Part shown: piece by piece, positions 42,769 to 52,088 of the stretch
Numbering within the stretch: the first letter of the stretch is position 1
Layout: the number at the start of each line of letters is the position of its first letter
Source of the DNA: a virus
Taxonomy: Duplodnaviria; Caudoviricetes
DNA: 55,069 nt
Strand: one strand, 5' to 3'
Virus record (IMG/VR): IMGVR_UViG_3300036792_000058
Coordinates: 1 to 55,069 of that record
Made by a program: the position numbers and the translations under genes
Notes under the pieces: generated by a model
Told to the model about the DNA's origin: nothing
The model's database searches: none
What the model saw: only the letters and a program-made list of their open reading frames with translations

Positions 42769-43260
42769 ATGCTCGCAATCACCATCAAGCCTGGCGACAC
42801 CATGTCCGGGATCGCGGCGGCACACAACATCAGCCTGAGTGCTCTTGAAGCTGCCAATCCACAGGTCACCGACCCGGACCTGATCTACGCCGGCACGAGG
42901 CTCAACGTCCCAGGCGGCAGCTACAGCTCGTGGACGCCCTCCAGGCCGGAGGCACAAGCTCCAGCGCCCGTGAAGGCGGCAGCGGCCAGCTCCGGCCCGA
43001 GCAGCATCGTCCCCGCGTGGGCGACCTGCATCACGTTCAGGGAGTCCAGCAACAACCCCCGTGCGGTCAACTCGATCCCCGGCTACATCGGCAACGGCGG
43101 CGGCCTGTTCGGTGACCTGACCTCCACGTGGGGCGGGTACGACGGGTACGCTCAGCCGTTCGACGCCCCTGTCGCGGTGCAGATCGCGTTCAACGACGCG
43201 CTGTCTCACAACGGGGCCGACCTCCAGCCGTGGGCAGCCGATGGATGCCCCGGCACCTGA
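42769..43260 (+). CDS. LysM + Rpf-like lytic transglycosylase
   Basis: LysM 'IKPGDTMSGIAAAH...NPQVTDPDLIYAG'; Rpf-like 'CITFRESSNN...GGLF...STW...APVAVQ...QPW...C'. Confidence 0.8.
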   Translation: MLAITIKPGDTMSGIAAAHNISLSALEAANPQVTDPDLIYAGTRLNVPGGSYSSWTPSRPEAQAPAPVKAAAASSGPSSIVPAWATCITFRESSNNPRAVNSIPGYIGNGGGLFGDLTSTWGGYDGYAQPFDAPVAVQIAFNDALSHNGADLQPWAADGCPGT

Positions 43261-43360
43261 GTTCAGCGACCCGGACCCGATCTTCGGTCCCCGGCTGATC
43301 AACACCATGCCGGAGCCGTGGGTGCTCGTCTTGTACGCTGATGTCTTCGAGTAGTTAAGC

Positions 43361-43399
43361 GGGGCCCTGATCGTCCTCTTGCGAGGTGTTCAGGGCCTC
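43361..43399. terminator. Hairpin between converging gene blocks
   Basis: GGGGCCCTGA / TCAGGGCCTC inverted repeat. Confidence 0.6.
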
Positions 43400-43482
43400 G
43401 ACCACTTCTATCACGAGGCATTCCTTCTCGTCGCTCATTGCTCCCAGGTCAAGCACCCAGTACCCGTTAGCATCCAGCTTCA

Positions 43483-43680
43483 TCATGAGATCATCCTAAC
43501 CTCGAACGGGTATTCCTGGCTGGTGTCGGGGCTGCACTCGTCGGGAGCGAAGTCCAGCGACAGGAGCGCGTTAAGCGCCTCCAGGGCACGCAGCCACTCC
43601 TGCATGGTGACACCAAGCTCGGTCAGGCACGTGCCTACGTCCTTCAGGCTCTCACTTGACATGTATGGGCTGTCCACCAA
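43483..43680 (-). CDS. Small hypothetical protein
   Basis: ORF downstream of the helicase. Confidence 0.4.
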   Translation of the reverse strand: MVDSPYMSSESLKDVGTCLTELGVTMQEWLRALEALNALLSLDFAPDECSPDTSQEYPFEVRMIS

Positions 43681-45514
43681 GAAGCTCCTCTACGATCCTC
43701 GGGTCGCGCACCAGCTCCGCGAGCTGGCCGGCCTTCTTCTTCAGGGCCTCGCGCATGCGGCTCTCTACGCTGTTGCGGGCAACGATGTCGATCGCGTACA
43801 CCTGCTTGGCGTTCACGATGTCGTCGGCCCTGGACTCGCTCTGCTGGCGCTGCCAGAACGCCCACGTCGGCTCGATGAACACGATCGTGCTGCCCCGGTT
43901 GAGTGTAAGGCCCACCCCGCCGGCTGTCACGTTGCAGCACAGCAGGTCCAGCTCGCCAGCCTGGTACGCGTGACGGTAGGCGTCTTTCCTCTTCGCGGTC
44001 TGCTGGCCGGTGATGTACCCGACCCGGTAGCCGGCGGCGGCGGCGCGAGCGCCCGCGATGTTCAGGAGCTGGGTGTGCGGGGTGAACACCAGCAGCGGGT
44101 CGTCCTCGGTGTTGTGCTCGTCCATGATCGCCATCAGCTCGTCCACTTTCCAGGACGGCTCGCGCATGGTGACGTGGTACCTGGGGATCATCTCGCCGAA
44201 CAGCGGGTTCTTCTCCCGCGTCTCCAGTACCATCTCGATCTCAACGTCGCACGCGGAGCTGGCGAGCTGGGACAGGCGCTGGAGCTGGGCGAGGGTGCTC
44301 ATGACCTCCAGCGGCTCGTCGGTGTCAGGTATGTGCGCGATCATGTCGGCGGCCATCTCGTCGTAGGCCGCCCGGAAGGCCGGAGGGATATCCACGGCGC
44401 GCGTGGAGTAGCTGACCGGCGGCAAGTCGGGGTTCACGTCCCGCTTGGCTGTGCGGCGGTGTGAGCCCTGGAGGAGGGTGTAGAACTCCTCGCGGGTCTC
44501 CGGCTTCAGCCCGTCGATCTCGTCGCGGTACTCACCGTGGAAGCGGTCGGTGTACATGTCCTTGTAGCGGTCCTCGTCAGGGAAGGACCGCACGTCGAGC
44601 ACGCCCATTGCCCGCCAGAAGCCGCCCACGTCACGGGTGATGGGGGTGCCAGACATGGGGAAGACGTAATCGGTGACCCGCGCTACCTTGCCCGCCGCGA
44701 CCGACTGCGCCGTGGTGGTGTTGCACAGGGCGTGGGCCTCGTCCATGACGATCGTCTTCGGGACCATGAACTTCAAGAGCGCGGGCAGCTCGTCGTGCGC
44801 GTGCTTCATGTCCGTGCGGAAGGTGTTCCAGCTCGCGACGTAGACCTTGTACCTGGACGAGAGGTTCTTGCGCTTAGTACCACGGTAAGCCGCAGCCGGC
44901 CAGTCTGGAAATGCAGCTTCCAGCTCCTCCAGCCAGGAGCCGACAACGGAAGCCGGGCACACCACCAGTGCGGGAAACGGGTTCTCACCTCGGGCCTCCA
45001 GCTCGGCCAGGGTCAGCAGGGCGGTGCGGGTCTTGCCGGTCCTCATGTCGTCGCAGAAGAAGAACCGCTTGTTGAGCGCGCCGACGAACATCCCCGAGAG
45101 CTGGTGGGGCATGGGCGTCCAGTCGAGCTGGCTCACGTCGAACTTCAGGTCAGAGACCGACCCGTAGGCCGCGAACCGCCGCTCTACCTCGTCCGCGATC
45201 CACCTGTTGAGGGGCGGGTCCGGCCGCCAGCCGTAGTCCTTGTCCGCCATCAGCCGGGAGACCTGCGTGACGATCGCCCACGTCAGCGGTACCTTCACGT
45301 CGCCCGTGCCGTCCTTGGTCTTGGCAGGCAGGGCGGTCAGTCTACGGAGCTGGGCCATGACCTCGGACGCCTGCCACTCGTAGCCGTCCACGTGCAGGCG
45401 CATGTAGCGCGGGTGATCGCAGTTGCCGGTGGGGTGGTAGGCCGCGCACTCGATCTTGGCGTCCAGCACCGCCCGGGCGTAGCGCCCGTCAGACAGGTCT
45501 ACCACTGCCACCAC
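43652..45514 (-). CDS. SNF2-family DEAH helicase
   Basis: 'DDMRTGKT', 'VVCPAS', 'DEAH', 'SGTP', 'GVGLTL', 'QSESR' motifs. Confidence 0.92.
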   Translation of the reverse strand: MVAVVDLSDGRYARAVLDAKIECAAYHPTGNCDHPRYMRLHVDGYEWQASEVMAQLRRLTALPAKTKDGTGDVKVPLTWAIVTQVSRLMADKDYGWRPDPPLNRWIADEVERRFAAYGSVSDLKFDVSQLDWTPMPHQLSGMFVGALNKRFFFCDDMRTGKTRTALLTLAELEARGENPFPALVVCPASVVGSWLEELEAAFPDWPAAAYRGTKRKNLSSRYKVYVASWNTFRTDMKHAHDELPALLKFMVPKTIVMDEAHALCNTTTAQSVAAGKVARVTDYVFPMSGTPITRDVGGFWRAMGVLDVRSFPDEDRYKDMYTDRFHGEYRDEIDGLKPETREEFYTLLQGSHRRTAKRDVNPDLPPVSYSTRAVDIPPAFRAAYDEMAADMIAHIPDTDEPLEVMSTLAQLQRLSQLASSACDVEIEMVLETREKNPLFGEMIPRYHVTMREPSWKVDELMAIMDEHNTEDDPLLVFTPHTQLLNIAGARAAAAGYRVGYITGQQTAKRKDAYRHAYQAGELDLLCCNVTAGGVGLTLNRGSTIVFIEPTWAFWQRQQSESRADDIVNAKQVYAIDIVARNSVESRMREALKKKAGQLAELVRDPRIVEELLGGQPIHVK

Positions 45515-45661
45515 CTCCGGGGCAGGTAAAGCAGGCCCTTAACGGCAGACCTGTAGACGCGGGCACCGGGACTCCGGTTCCACCACTTCGGCCGCGCCGC
45601 GCACGGTCCCTCGTGCCCCGGAGTCCGGCTGCACCACCAGCCGCGCGGCGGCATCTTGCAC

Positions 45662-46030
45662 TCAGGCATCTTCCACCGCCCACTTGCCGTCCACCTTGAC
45701 CTCGACCTTCAGGTTGTCCGGGATCATGTCCTTGGCGGCACGCTCCTCGGGCGAGGGAATGCCGCGACGCCTGTGCATCTCGCGCGTCAGCCAGATGCCG
45801 AACTTCACGTGCTCCGTCATGCGCCTGAACGCCAGCTTCTTGTTCTGGAGCTGTGACCTGTGCTCACGGCTCTCGCCTGTCGCACCTGACTCACGGTGGA
45901 TGATGCGCACGCCGCTCTCGGTCTTGTTCTGGTGCTGCCCGCCGGGCCCTCCCGACCGGAACGTCTGCACCGTGCAGTCCGCCAGGGTGACCGAGAACCA
46001 CGGCGTCTCCGAGTCCCGGCGGCCCATCAC
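45662..46030 (-). CDS. Stand-alone GGQ (RF-1 domain) peptidyl-tRNA hydrolase / ribosome-rescue factor
   Basis: 'TFRSGGPGGQHQNKTESGVRIIH...RSQLQNK..A'. Confidence 0.9.
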   Translation of the reverse strand: MMGRRDSETPWFSVTLADCTVQTFRSGGPGGQHQNKTESGVRIIHRESGATGESREHRSQLQNKKLAFRRMTEHVKFGIWLTREMHRRRGIPSPEERAAKDMIPDNLKVEVKVDGKWAVEDA

Positions 46031-46251
46031 ATGCCCCCGACGTGCCAGCTCTGGTCGATGTCGGCCGCGAACCGCCCCTGTGCGCTCACGTACTCGACAA
46101 GCCAGAAGCGGTCAGGCTCCTCGCTGTTCTTCAGGGTGAGCTTGTCGCCTACCTTGACGTGCTTGTCCACCCAGCAGTGCCGCCGGGTCGGGCCGTCCGT
46201 CAGCATGACGAACCACCGCAGGCTGTCAGCCATGGTGTTACCTCGTTTCAC
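46027..46251 (-). CDS. Small hypothetical protein
   Basis: ORF coupled to the GGQ gene; probable start at ATG 46233. Confidence 0.5.
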   Translation of the reverse strand: MKRGNTMADSLRWFVMLTDGPTRRHCWVDKHVKVGDKLTLKNSEEPDRFWLVEYVSAQGRFAADIDQSWHVGGM

Positions 46252-46327
46252 AGTAGGGGCCGCCGTCCCAGGTTCAACCCCCTGGGGAGTGTCAGTTCTC
46301 GCGGTACGGCGGCGTCCTACAGCTTAC

Positions 46328-46621
46328 CTACAGGCCGTACCTGTGGTTACCGGGGTCGAAGCGGTGCCTGGCGGTCATCGCGCCCAGCTCGCGGGCGTAC
46401 CCTTCCAGGAACGCCAGCCAGCACTTGTCACCCTTCAGGCCGGTAGCTGCCTCGAACTCGTCGTGCGAAGGGCACGCGGTCTTCGGCTTCGGCGGCTGGA
46501 GGGATTCAATTGCCTGCCGCAGCTTCATGTCGAGCGTTGACCCGATCAGCCCCTGCCGCAGCGCCTTCAGCTCCTCCGCCGATAGCTGCATGAGCACCTG
46601 GCCGAAGGACGCGTCGGTCAC
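46328..46621 (-). CDS. Hypothetical protein
   Basis: GTGA overlap with the upstream gene. Confidence 0.5.
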   Translation of the reverse strand: MTDASFGQVLMQLSAEELKALRQGLIGSTLDMKLRQAIESLQPPKPKTACPSHDEFEAATGLKGDKCWLAFLEGYARELGAMTARHRFDPGNHRYGL

Positions 46622-47670
46622 TGCTGCTGGCCCTGGAGCCGCTGGAGCAGCGCCGACATCTCCGGGGTCATGGTCGTCGCGCCCTGTGGTGCCGGGGGAG
46701 CCGGTGGCTGCTGACCGTAACCGGGGACGGGCGGCGGAACGGGTCCAGCACCAGGCTGCGGCTGCGCATACCCCTGGGGTGGTGCAGGAGGGGCAGGCTG
46801 CTGCTGCGCCGCGACCCACGCCTGGTACTGCGGGTCATAGGCAGGCGGCGTCGTTGGCGGCGCAGAAGGCGCAGGGGGCGGGCTCGCCGCAGGGGCAGGC
46901 GGAGGGGTAAAGACGGCGGCAGGCGCAGGTGGCGGGGCAACTGCCGGGGCACCGCCCTGGGTAGGGTCCGCAGAGGTAGCGGTCGGTGCGTGGACAGGCT
47001 CCACGGGCACCGCGTTGTTCTCCCGGCCGTTCGGCGTGTACCTGAAGTCGAACAGGTTGGTCGGGTTGCCGTTGCCGTACTGCTTCTGGCCGGCCGAGAT
47101 CATGTAGAACTCAGCGCCGCCGAGCTGGCCGGACGCGAACGCCTTCGCGGGGTCCGCGATGCCCGCCGCCGCCATGGCCGCCTTGAACGCGTCGAACGGC
47201 ACGCCCTTGAGGTAGACGGTCACGTTGCCGTCCGAGAACGACTGCTGGGTGGCCGCCGGGTCGCTGCTGTTCACGAGCTGGCACGGCACCAGCGTCTGGA
47301 ACTTGGGCTTGCCCGTGGACTTGAACGTCAGCGGGGTGTTGAACTTGTCCGTCTGCTGGCGCACGTCCGTGGCGTTGATGTCGCGGGCGACGCGCAGGTG
47401 CAGCCACGATCCCTGGGGGCGCTGCGGGGTGAAGAACTTGGAGGTAGCAGCCCCGCCCCCGCCCGACGGCTGGTCTACGAAGTCCTCCAGTGACCCTCGT
47501 GCGAGGGCCGGCTGAGGCGGTGCCTGCTGGGCGTACTGCTGGGGCGGGGACTGCGGTGGGTAGCCCGGCTGAGGCTGGTAGTAAGTCTGAGGCGGGTAGT
47601 AAGTCGGCGCAGGAGTCTGAGGCGGGTAGCCGGGCTGAGGAGGATACGGAGGCTGGGCTGGGTAAGTCAC
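46618..47670 (-). CDS. Putative ssDNA-binding/replication protein with Pro/Gln-rich termini
   Basis: Core 'RQQTDKF...FKSTGKPKFQ' resembles actinophage SSB-like proteins; AAGGG RBS before GTG 47670; near the helicase. Confidence 0.55.
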   Translation of the reverse strand: MTYPAQPPYPPQPGYPPQTPAPTYYPPQTYYQPQPGYPPQSPPQQYAQQAPPQPALARGSLEDFVDQPSGGGGAATSKFFTPQRPQGSWLHLRVARDINATDVRQQTDKFNTPLTFKSTGKPKFQTLVPCQLVNSSDPAATQQSFSDGNVTVYLKGVPFDAFKAAMAAAGIADPAKAFASGQLGGAEFYMISAGQKQYGNGNPTNLFDFRYTPNGRENNAVPVEPVHAPTATSADPTQGGAPAVAPPPAPAAVFTPPPAPAASPPPAPSAPPTTPPAYDPQYQAWVAAQQQPAPPAPPQGYAQPQPGAGPVPPPVPGYGQQPPAPPAPQGATTMTPEMSALLQRLQGQQQ

Positions 47671-48123
47671 GGTGCTAGTTCCCTTCGCGGGAGGCGCGAT
47701 TCGAGTGGCAAGTCCGTTGGGGAGCGTCATCCTCGCACGCTCCGGGGTGGTCTCCCCGCCACCACTTCCCAGCGGGGCAAACCCCACTATACACACCAAC
47801 CCGGACATTTCAGCCGGAACGAGCTGTTACCTCAATCCACATGCGCGGGCGCGGAATAACCCCCGCCCAGGGGTGTTGTACAAGATGGCGCGGGGCCGGG
47901 CCTAGCCGAGACCTCCAACTCGGTGAAGGACTCCCTCGGCAAGGGCCCATAGGACATACATGACGATCCCTGAAGGGAGTCCGGCTGGCCCCGCTCCCCA
48001 CAGACGCGGTAGCCGGGCCTAGCCTGATTAACCCCGGTTGAAGGGTGACCTGCCACGCGGGCAGACGACGCACGAGTCCGAAAGGTCACCCGGCTGGCTA
48101 CCGCCCCCTAAACAGGAGGACAC

Positions 48124-48354
48124 ATGGCGAACTGCGAGCTGGGCAAGCACAGCAGCGACCACCGCAAGACGGAGCTGTACTGGGTGTGCCCGGCGTGCGT
48201 GAGCGCGTTCCACGGAGAGACGGCTAAGCTCACTGAGCTTGAGCTGCTGAAGGCTGAGCAGGCACTTGACACGCGCCGCCCGTGGTTCACGTTCGTCCCG
48301 TACGCGGCTATCGCAACCCTGGCCCTGGTGATAGTGCTCCTGGTGGCCCTGTGA
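48124..48354 (+). CDS. Small Zn-binding membrane protein
   Basis: AGGAGG RBS; C..H, CPAC, C-terminal TM. Confidence 0.6.
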   Translation: MANCELGKHSSDHRKTELYWVCPACVSAFHGETAKLTELELLKAEQALDTRRPWFTFVPYAAIATLALVIVLLVAL

Positions 48355-48647
48355 ACTACGACGAGCTGATGCGGATGGTATCCAGCTTCCCGAGGCCGAA
48401 GCGGTACGAGCTGCACTGCCACCCGAGCGTGATCGCGGCGATGAAAGACGCCTTCAAGTACACGGACGGCGTGCACCTCTTCCTGCGCAGCAACATGGTG
48501 TCCAGCATCGACGTGTTCAAGCACGATGACATGATGCCGGGCTGGTACGAGATCCGGTGCGACGGCGTAACCGTCAACGGCGGCTGCCTTACCCTGCCCG
48601 TCGAAGACTCGTCCCCGGACAGCCCTGATTCGTCCCCTCGCCCATAG
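48351..48647 (+). CDS. Hypothetical protein
   Basis: GTGA overlap. Confidence 0.45.
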   Translation: MNYDELMRMVSSFPRPKRYELHCHPSVIAAMKDAFKYTDGVHLFLRSNMVSSIDVFKHDDMMPGWYEIRCDGVTVNGGCLTLPVEDSSPDSPDSSPRP

Positions 48648-49434
48648 CAGCGGGGTTGTAGAAGGGACAATATTGACAATCATCTTCTGACGGGATGGCC
48701 GGCACGTCCCAGAACGACATCGACCCGTCGATGATGAACTTCGCAAGCTGCTCGCGGATCACGGTCTTGGCCAGCACCTGCTCGACCTCACGCAGGTCCG
48801 ATATGGTGAGAGGCTTCTCCCACACGTACATGTCGTTGAGCGTGGACTGGGTGCGCGGCCAGGAGATCAGCACGATGCGCTGCACGTCGAAGCCCTTGTG
48901 CATGTACCCGAGGGCGTACAGCAGCATCTGGACATAGTAGTGGTAGGGCGGCCCGTGGCGTCGCAGCCTGGTCCTGATGGCCTCGGACTGCATCTTGTGG
49001 TCCCCGAGCGTCGCCGTCATGGTGTCGAACAGGTCAGCCGTGCCGGGGTGCGGAGAGACAGCCCCTGGGTCCGGGCAGACACGCTGCTCAGAGATCCACC
49101 GGCCCTGGCTCTTCCACTGACTGTGCCACTTAAACGCGTCGTCCATGAACGAGTGAAGCGCAGTACCAACGATTGAGGGCCAGGAGTCGTGCAGGCGGTT
49201 GCCACCGTGGCCGAACGTGACTCCAGCCATCTTCCCGACGAGCTGGCGGTCACAATGATGACCGAGTTCCGAGGGTCCGAGGTGGCGCTGGGTGTTGCGG
49301 GGCAGCCGGTCTGCGTACTCAAGGACGGCCTCTCTCAGCTCCTGGGCGTACCGCTGGGCCCACGGGGTGTTACCGTTCTGCACATACACGGGCGAGACGG
49401 TAGGCTGCGCCGCGAACTCTTCCAGCTTGTTCAC
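48589..49434 (-). CDS. Cas4-like / PD-(D/E)XK exonuclease
   Basis: 'GPSELGHHCDRQL', 'GTALH', 'GTADL...DHK', 'QMLLY', C-terminal 'CQYCPF...C'. Confidence 0.85.
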   Translation of the reverse strand: MNKLEEFAAQPTVSPVYVQNGNTPWAQRYAQELREAVLEYADRLPRNTQRHLGPSELGHHCDRQLVGKMAGVTFGHGGNRLHDSWPSIVGTALHSFMDDAFKWHSQWKSQGRWISEQRVCPDPGAVSPHPGTADLFDTMTATLGDHKMQSEAIRTRLRRHGPPYHYYVQMLLYALGYMHKGFDVQRIVLISWPRTQSTLNDMYVWEKPLTISDLREVEQVLAKTVIREQLAKFIIDGSMSFWDVPAIPSEDDCQYCPFYNPAAMGEGTNQGCPGTSLRRAG

Positions 49435-49448
49435 ACCGTGAGTCTAGC

Positions 49449-49718
49449 TCACAGCGGCGTAACTTCCCTGACCCGGAGCGGATGGTGCCCGAGCAGGCAC
49501 TCGATCCTGTCCACGTGGTCGTGCACGAAGTCAGTGCAGCCGTCGCACAGCAGCCAGTTGACACTGCGGCACTCGCACGCGACCACCACCCGGTGCGTGG
49601 CGTACTTCTTGCACCAGCCCCTTGACGTGTCACTCCACCACTCGTAGAACCGGCAGGGGATCGTCTCGTCAAAGTCATCGAGCAGGTCAAAGTCCAGGTC
49701 AGGTTCCGTCGCGTTCAA
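49449..49718 (-). CDS. Cys-rich hypothetical protein
   Basis: GGAGG RBS; multiple Cys. Confidence 0.55.
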   Translation of the reverse strand: MNATEPDLDFDLLDDFDETIPCRFYEWWSDTSRGWCKKYATHRVVVACECRSVNWLLCDGCTDFVHDHVDRIECLLGHHPLRVREVTPL

Positions 49719-49875
49719 CTAGGTCGCCTCCCTCGATCCTTCCCTCACCCCAGTAGAGGCCGGCCCCGAGGACGGTGATGCCCACCAGGTGCGGCTTCGC
49801 CGGCTCCCCGTACCACGCCCACCACCTGTGGAAGAGGCACGACGGCGGGCAGTGCCTGGGCAAGAACTGCATGAG

Positions 49876-50217
49876 TCACCTCACCTTAGCGCCGGCACCA
49901 GGCCGGGGCACGTCGTCAACGGCAACGCAGATACCGAACACGCGGTCGTGACTGGTCCAGCCGTTGACGTGGCCGTGATTGTTGCTGATCTGCACCCGCT
50001 TCCTGGCCTGGTCCACAGCCGACACCAGGTGCAGGCGGACTGTGCCGGCGACGCGCGCGAGAACGATGTCGCCTACCTCGACCTTCGCCGGGTCTACCGG
50101 GGCGAGAAGGACGCGCTGCTTACTGCGGATCAGCGGGACCATCGACGAGCCCGTGGGCTTCAGCTCAACGGTCGTGCCCGCGAGCACACGGCTGGCCGCC
50201 GCGTCAAGCATTCCCAT
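49876..50217 (-). CDS. S24/S26-family peptidase-like protein
   Basis: 'GSSMVPLI...GDIVL...LHLV' Ser/His pattern. Confidence 0.75.
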   Translation of the reverse strand: MGMLDAAASRVLAGTTVELKPTGSSMVPLIRSKQRVLLAPVDPAKVEVGDIVLARVAGTVRLHLVSAVDQARKRVQISNNHGHVNGWTSHDRVFGICVAVDDVPRPGAGAKVR

Positions 50218-50220
50218 ATC

Positions 50221-51042
50221 TCAGCTCACGTAGTAGTAGGCGGTCGGCACGTAGCCGGTGCCGTAGTCGTGGAACCCTACCAGCGTGCCGGTCTGCTGCG
50301 CCCCGAAGAACACGCCGGGGCTGACGTACAGCTCCACGTGCTCGCTGCCGAAGAACGCCAGGTCGCCTGGCTCGGGGGTGTCCGTCTGCACCAGCAGGCC
50401 GCCGGCCGCCGCGAGCATGCTGTAGGTGTCCCGTGGCATGTTCTGAACTCCCAGAGCCATGGCCGCCCAGTAGATCAGGCCGGAGCAGTCGAACCCTCCC
50501 GGCGCGGCACCGCCCCACACGTACGGCGTTCCGGCTTGCGTCTCCGCCTTGGCAAGCAGCATCTGACTGAACGACTGGCCCGAGGAGTTAACGGATGTCG
50601 CGGCGGGAGTCTGGGTCGCGGTGGTAGTTACCGGCGCAGCGGGTGTGACAGGGGCAGGAGCGGACGCAGGGGTGTACGACGGCTTCGCTGTGGTGACGGC
50701 TGGCATGACCGCCGTCTCGGCCTCCAGGCGGGCTGTGTGCTCCGTGTGGGCCTGGTGCTCGGCTGCCGCGACCTGGCTGCTGAAGTGGTGGTAGTGCACG
50801 GCTTGCCTGGCCTCGTTACGCGCCACGTCATCCGACAGTGCGAGAGACGGGATCGTGACGGGCCCGGTGGGGTGCTCAGACAGCTTGGGCAGCGAGCCCG
50901 TGGTGGCGTCGGCCAGGGATGACGTGCTATTAGCCGGGGCCAGCGTCGCGGCGATGGCGATAGCAGTGGGCACGGCGGTCACTGCGGCCAGCCTGGGTCT
51001 GCTGTCGTACCACCGCCGCTTGCGGTGCCTTCCCTTGCTCAC
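50221..51042 (-). CDS. Secreted NlpC/P60 cell-wall peptidase
   Basis: 'GRHRK' N-terminus + signal peptide; 'GTPYVWGG...FDCSGL...PGDLAFF...HV'. Confidence 0.9.
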   Translation of the reverse strand: MSKGRHRKRRWYDSRPRLAAVTAVPTAIAIAATLAPANSTSSLADATTGSLPKLSEHPTGPVTIPSLALSDDVARNEARQAVHYHHFSSQVAAAEHQAHTEHTARLEAETAVMPAVTTAKPSYTPASAPAPVTPAAPVTTTATQTPAATSVNSSGQSFSQMLLAKAETQAGTPYVWGGAAPGGFDCSGLIYWAAMALGVQNMPRDTYSMLAAAGGLLVQTDTPEPGDLAFFGSEHVELYVSPGVFFGAQQTGTLVGFHDYGTGYVPTAYYYVS

Positions 51043-51059
51043 TGTTACCTCACTTCACA

Positions 51060-51305
51060 CTAGAACAGGCACGAGCAGAACAGCGGGTGCCAGCGGGGGT
51101 CTGTGCAGTGCACGAGCTTCCAGTGCCGTCGCACCTTGGCCTGCCTGCGGTTCCGGTACACGCAGTCCTGCACGCCCTCGGTCTGGTGACGGCAGTACCA
51201 GAACGTGCCGCCCTGATTGATGCGGGACTTGCGCAGGAAGGCCGCCAGCGACCGGCCCGAGGGAGTGGGTACCCACCTGACGTGCTGCATTACGGCTTCC
51301 CCCAC
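51060..51305 (-). CDS. Hypothetical protein
   Basis: ORF in the minus-strand operon. Confidence 0.4.
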   Translation of the reverse strand: MGEAVMQHVRWVPTPSGRSLAAFLRKSRINQGGTFWYCRHQTEGVQDCVYRNRRQAKVRRHWKLVHCTDPRWHPLFCSCLF

Positions 51306-51619
51306 GCTTCGGCGGTCTCGATGAACGGGAAGTCCTCGATGCTGAACAGCACCTCGTCAGCGTTCCCGCCCGTGACGCAGTAGATAAGCTGGCCGAGCCG
51401 GAGCTTGGGGTTGCGCTTCCAGGCGTCCAGCAGGCGGTCCATGACCTGCTTCTTCTGCTCGTCGGTCTGCGCCCTGCCCTCGACGGGCTGTGATGATCGC
51501 ATAGGGTGCTCGTCCATCCATCGGTCTATCTGCGAGGTGTCCAGCATCGGGATTTCTTCCCACTTGATGTGGTGCCTGGCTGTGAAGTCGTCGAACTCCT
51601 CCGGCGTCATGGATGTCAC
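51290..51619 (-). CDS. Hypothetical phage protein
   Basis: 'AWKRNPKLRLGQLI...FSIED' motif. Confidence 0.6.
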   Translation of the reverse strand: MTSMTPEEFDDFTARHHIKWEEIPMLDTSQIDRWMDEHPMRSSQPVEGRAQTDEQKKQVMDRLLDAWKRNPKLRLGQLIYCVTGGNADEVLFSIEDFPFIETAEAWGKP

Positions 51620-52014
51620 CGTCGCCTCCCCTGCTGGCTCTCCCGCAGCTCCCACGTCGGGGTGATCTCCACCTCGTAGCGCTGGTACAGCGCCTCGCCC
51701 GCGTCTTTCAGGAACAGCTTCTGGTCGAATCGCTTGCCGCTCTTGAGCGTCATGCTGTAGCCAGGGTACCGGCCGTGCGGGTCAGCGGCGATGTCGAAGC
51801 CGTCAGGCAGCCCCTGGCCGTCCGGGAACAGTCCCAGGAGGAACGCCTTGATGGCCCGCTTGAACTCGCCCTCACGCTCGTTGGCCTGCTCGGCGTCGTC
51901 GTGGGCCTTCTTGTTCTCGATCAGGTACTGCTCAAGCTGGCCGCCCGGCTCGGGCTCGACCTTGACTCGCCTCTTGGCGGGCTTGGCGGGACGCTCGTGC
52001 ACCTGGTCAGTCAT
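51616..52014 (-). CDS. Hypothetical protein
   Basis: Coiled N-terminus, 'RFDQKLF'; TAGGAT -10 box 6 nt upstream of ATG. Confidence 0.6.
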   Translation of the reverse strand: MTDQVHERPAKPAKRRVKVEPEPGGQLEQYLIENKKAHDDAEQANEREGEFKRAIKAFLLGLFPDGQGLPDGFDIAADPHGRYPGYSMTLKSGKRFDQKLFLKDAGEALYQRYEVEITPTWELRESQQGRRR

Positions 52015-52036
52015 GCAGTAATCCTATCAAGACAGC

Positions 52037-52073
52037 GAAGCCGGAGACCGTCATGACAACGGGCTCCGGCTTC
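52037..52073 (-). terminator. Hairpin terminator
   Basis: GAAGCCGGAG / CTCCGGCTTC inverted repeat just after the stop at 52089. Confidence 0.7.
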
Positions 52074-52088
52074 ACTAGGTGGGCTCCC

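Noticed and set aside
47490-47660. Short tandem repeats (GTCTGAGGCGGGTAG-like)
   Set aside because: They encode the YPPQ low-complexity N-terminus of the minus-strand protein.
48021-48095. Hammerhead-like arrangement (CUGAUUA...GAAG at a three-way junction)
   Set aside because: The core deviates at essential positions (CUGAUUA not CUGANGA, GAAG not GAAA, no UH cleavage site).
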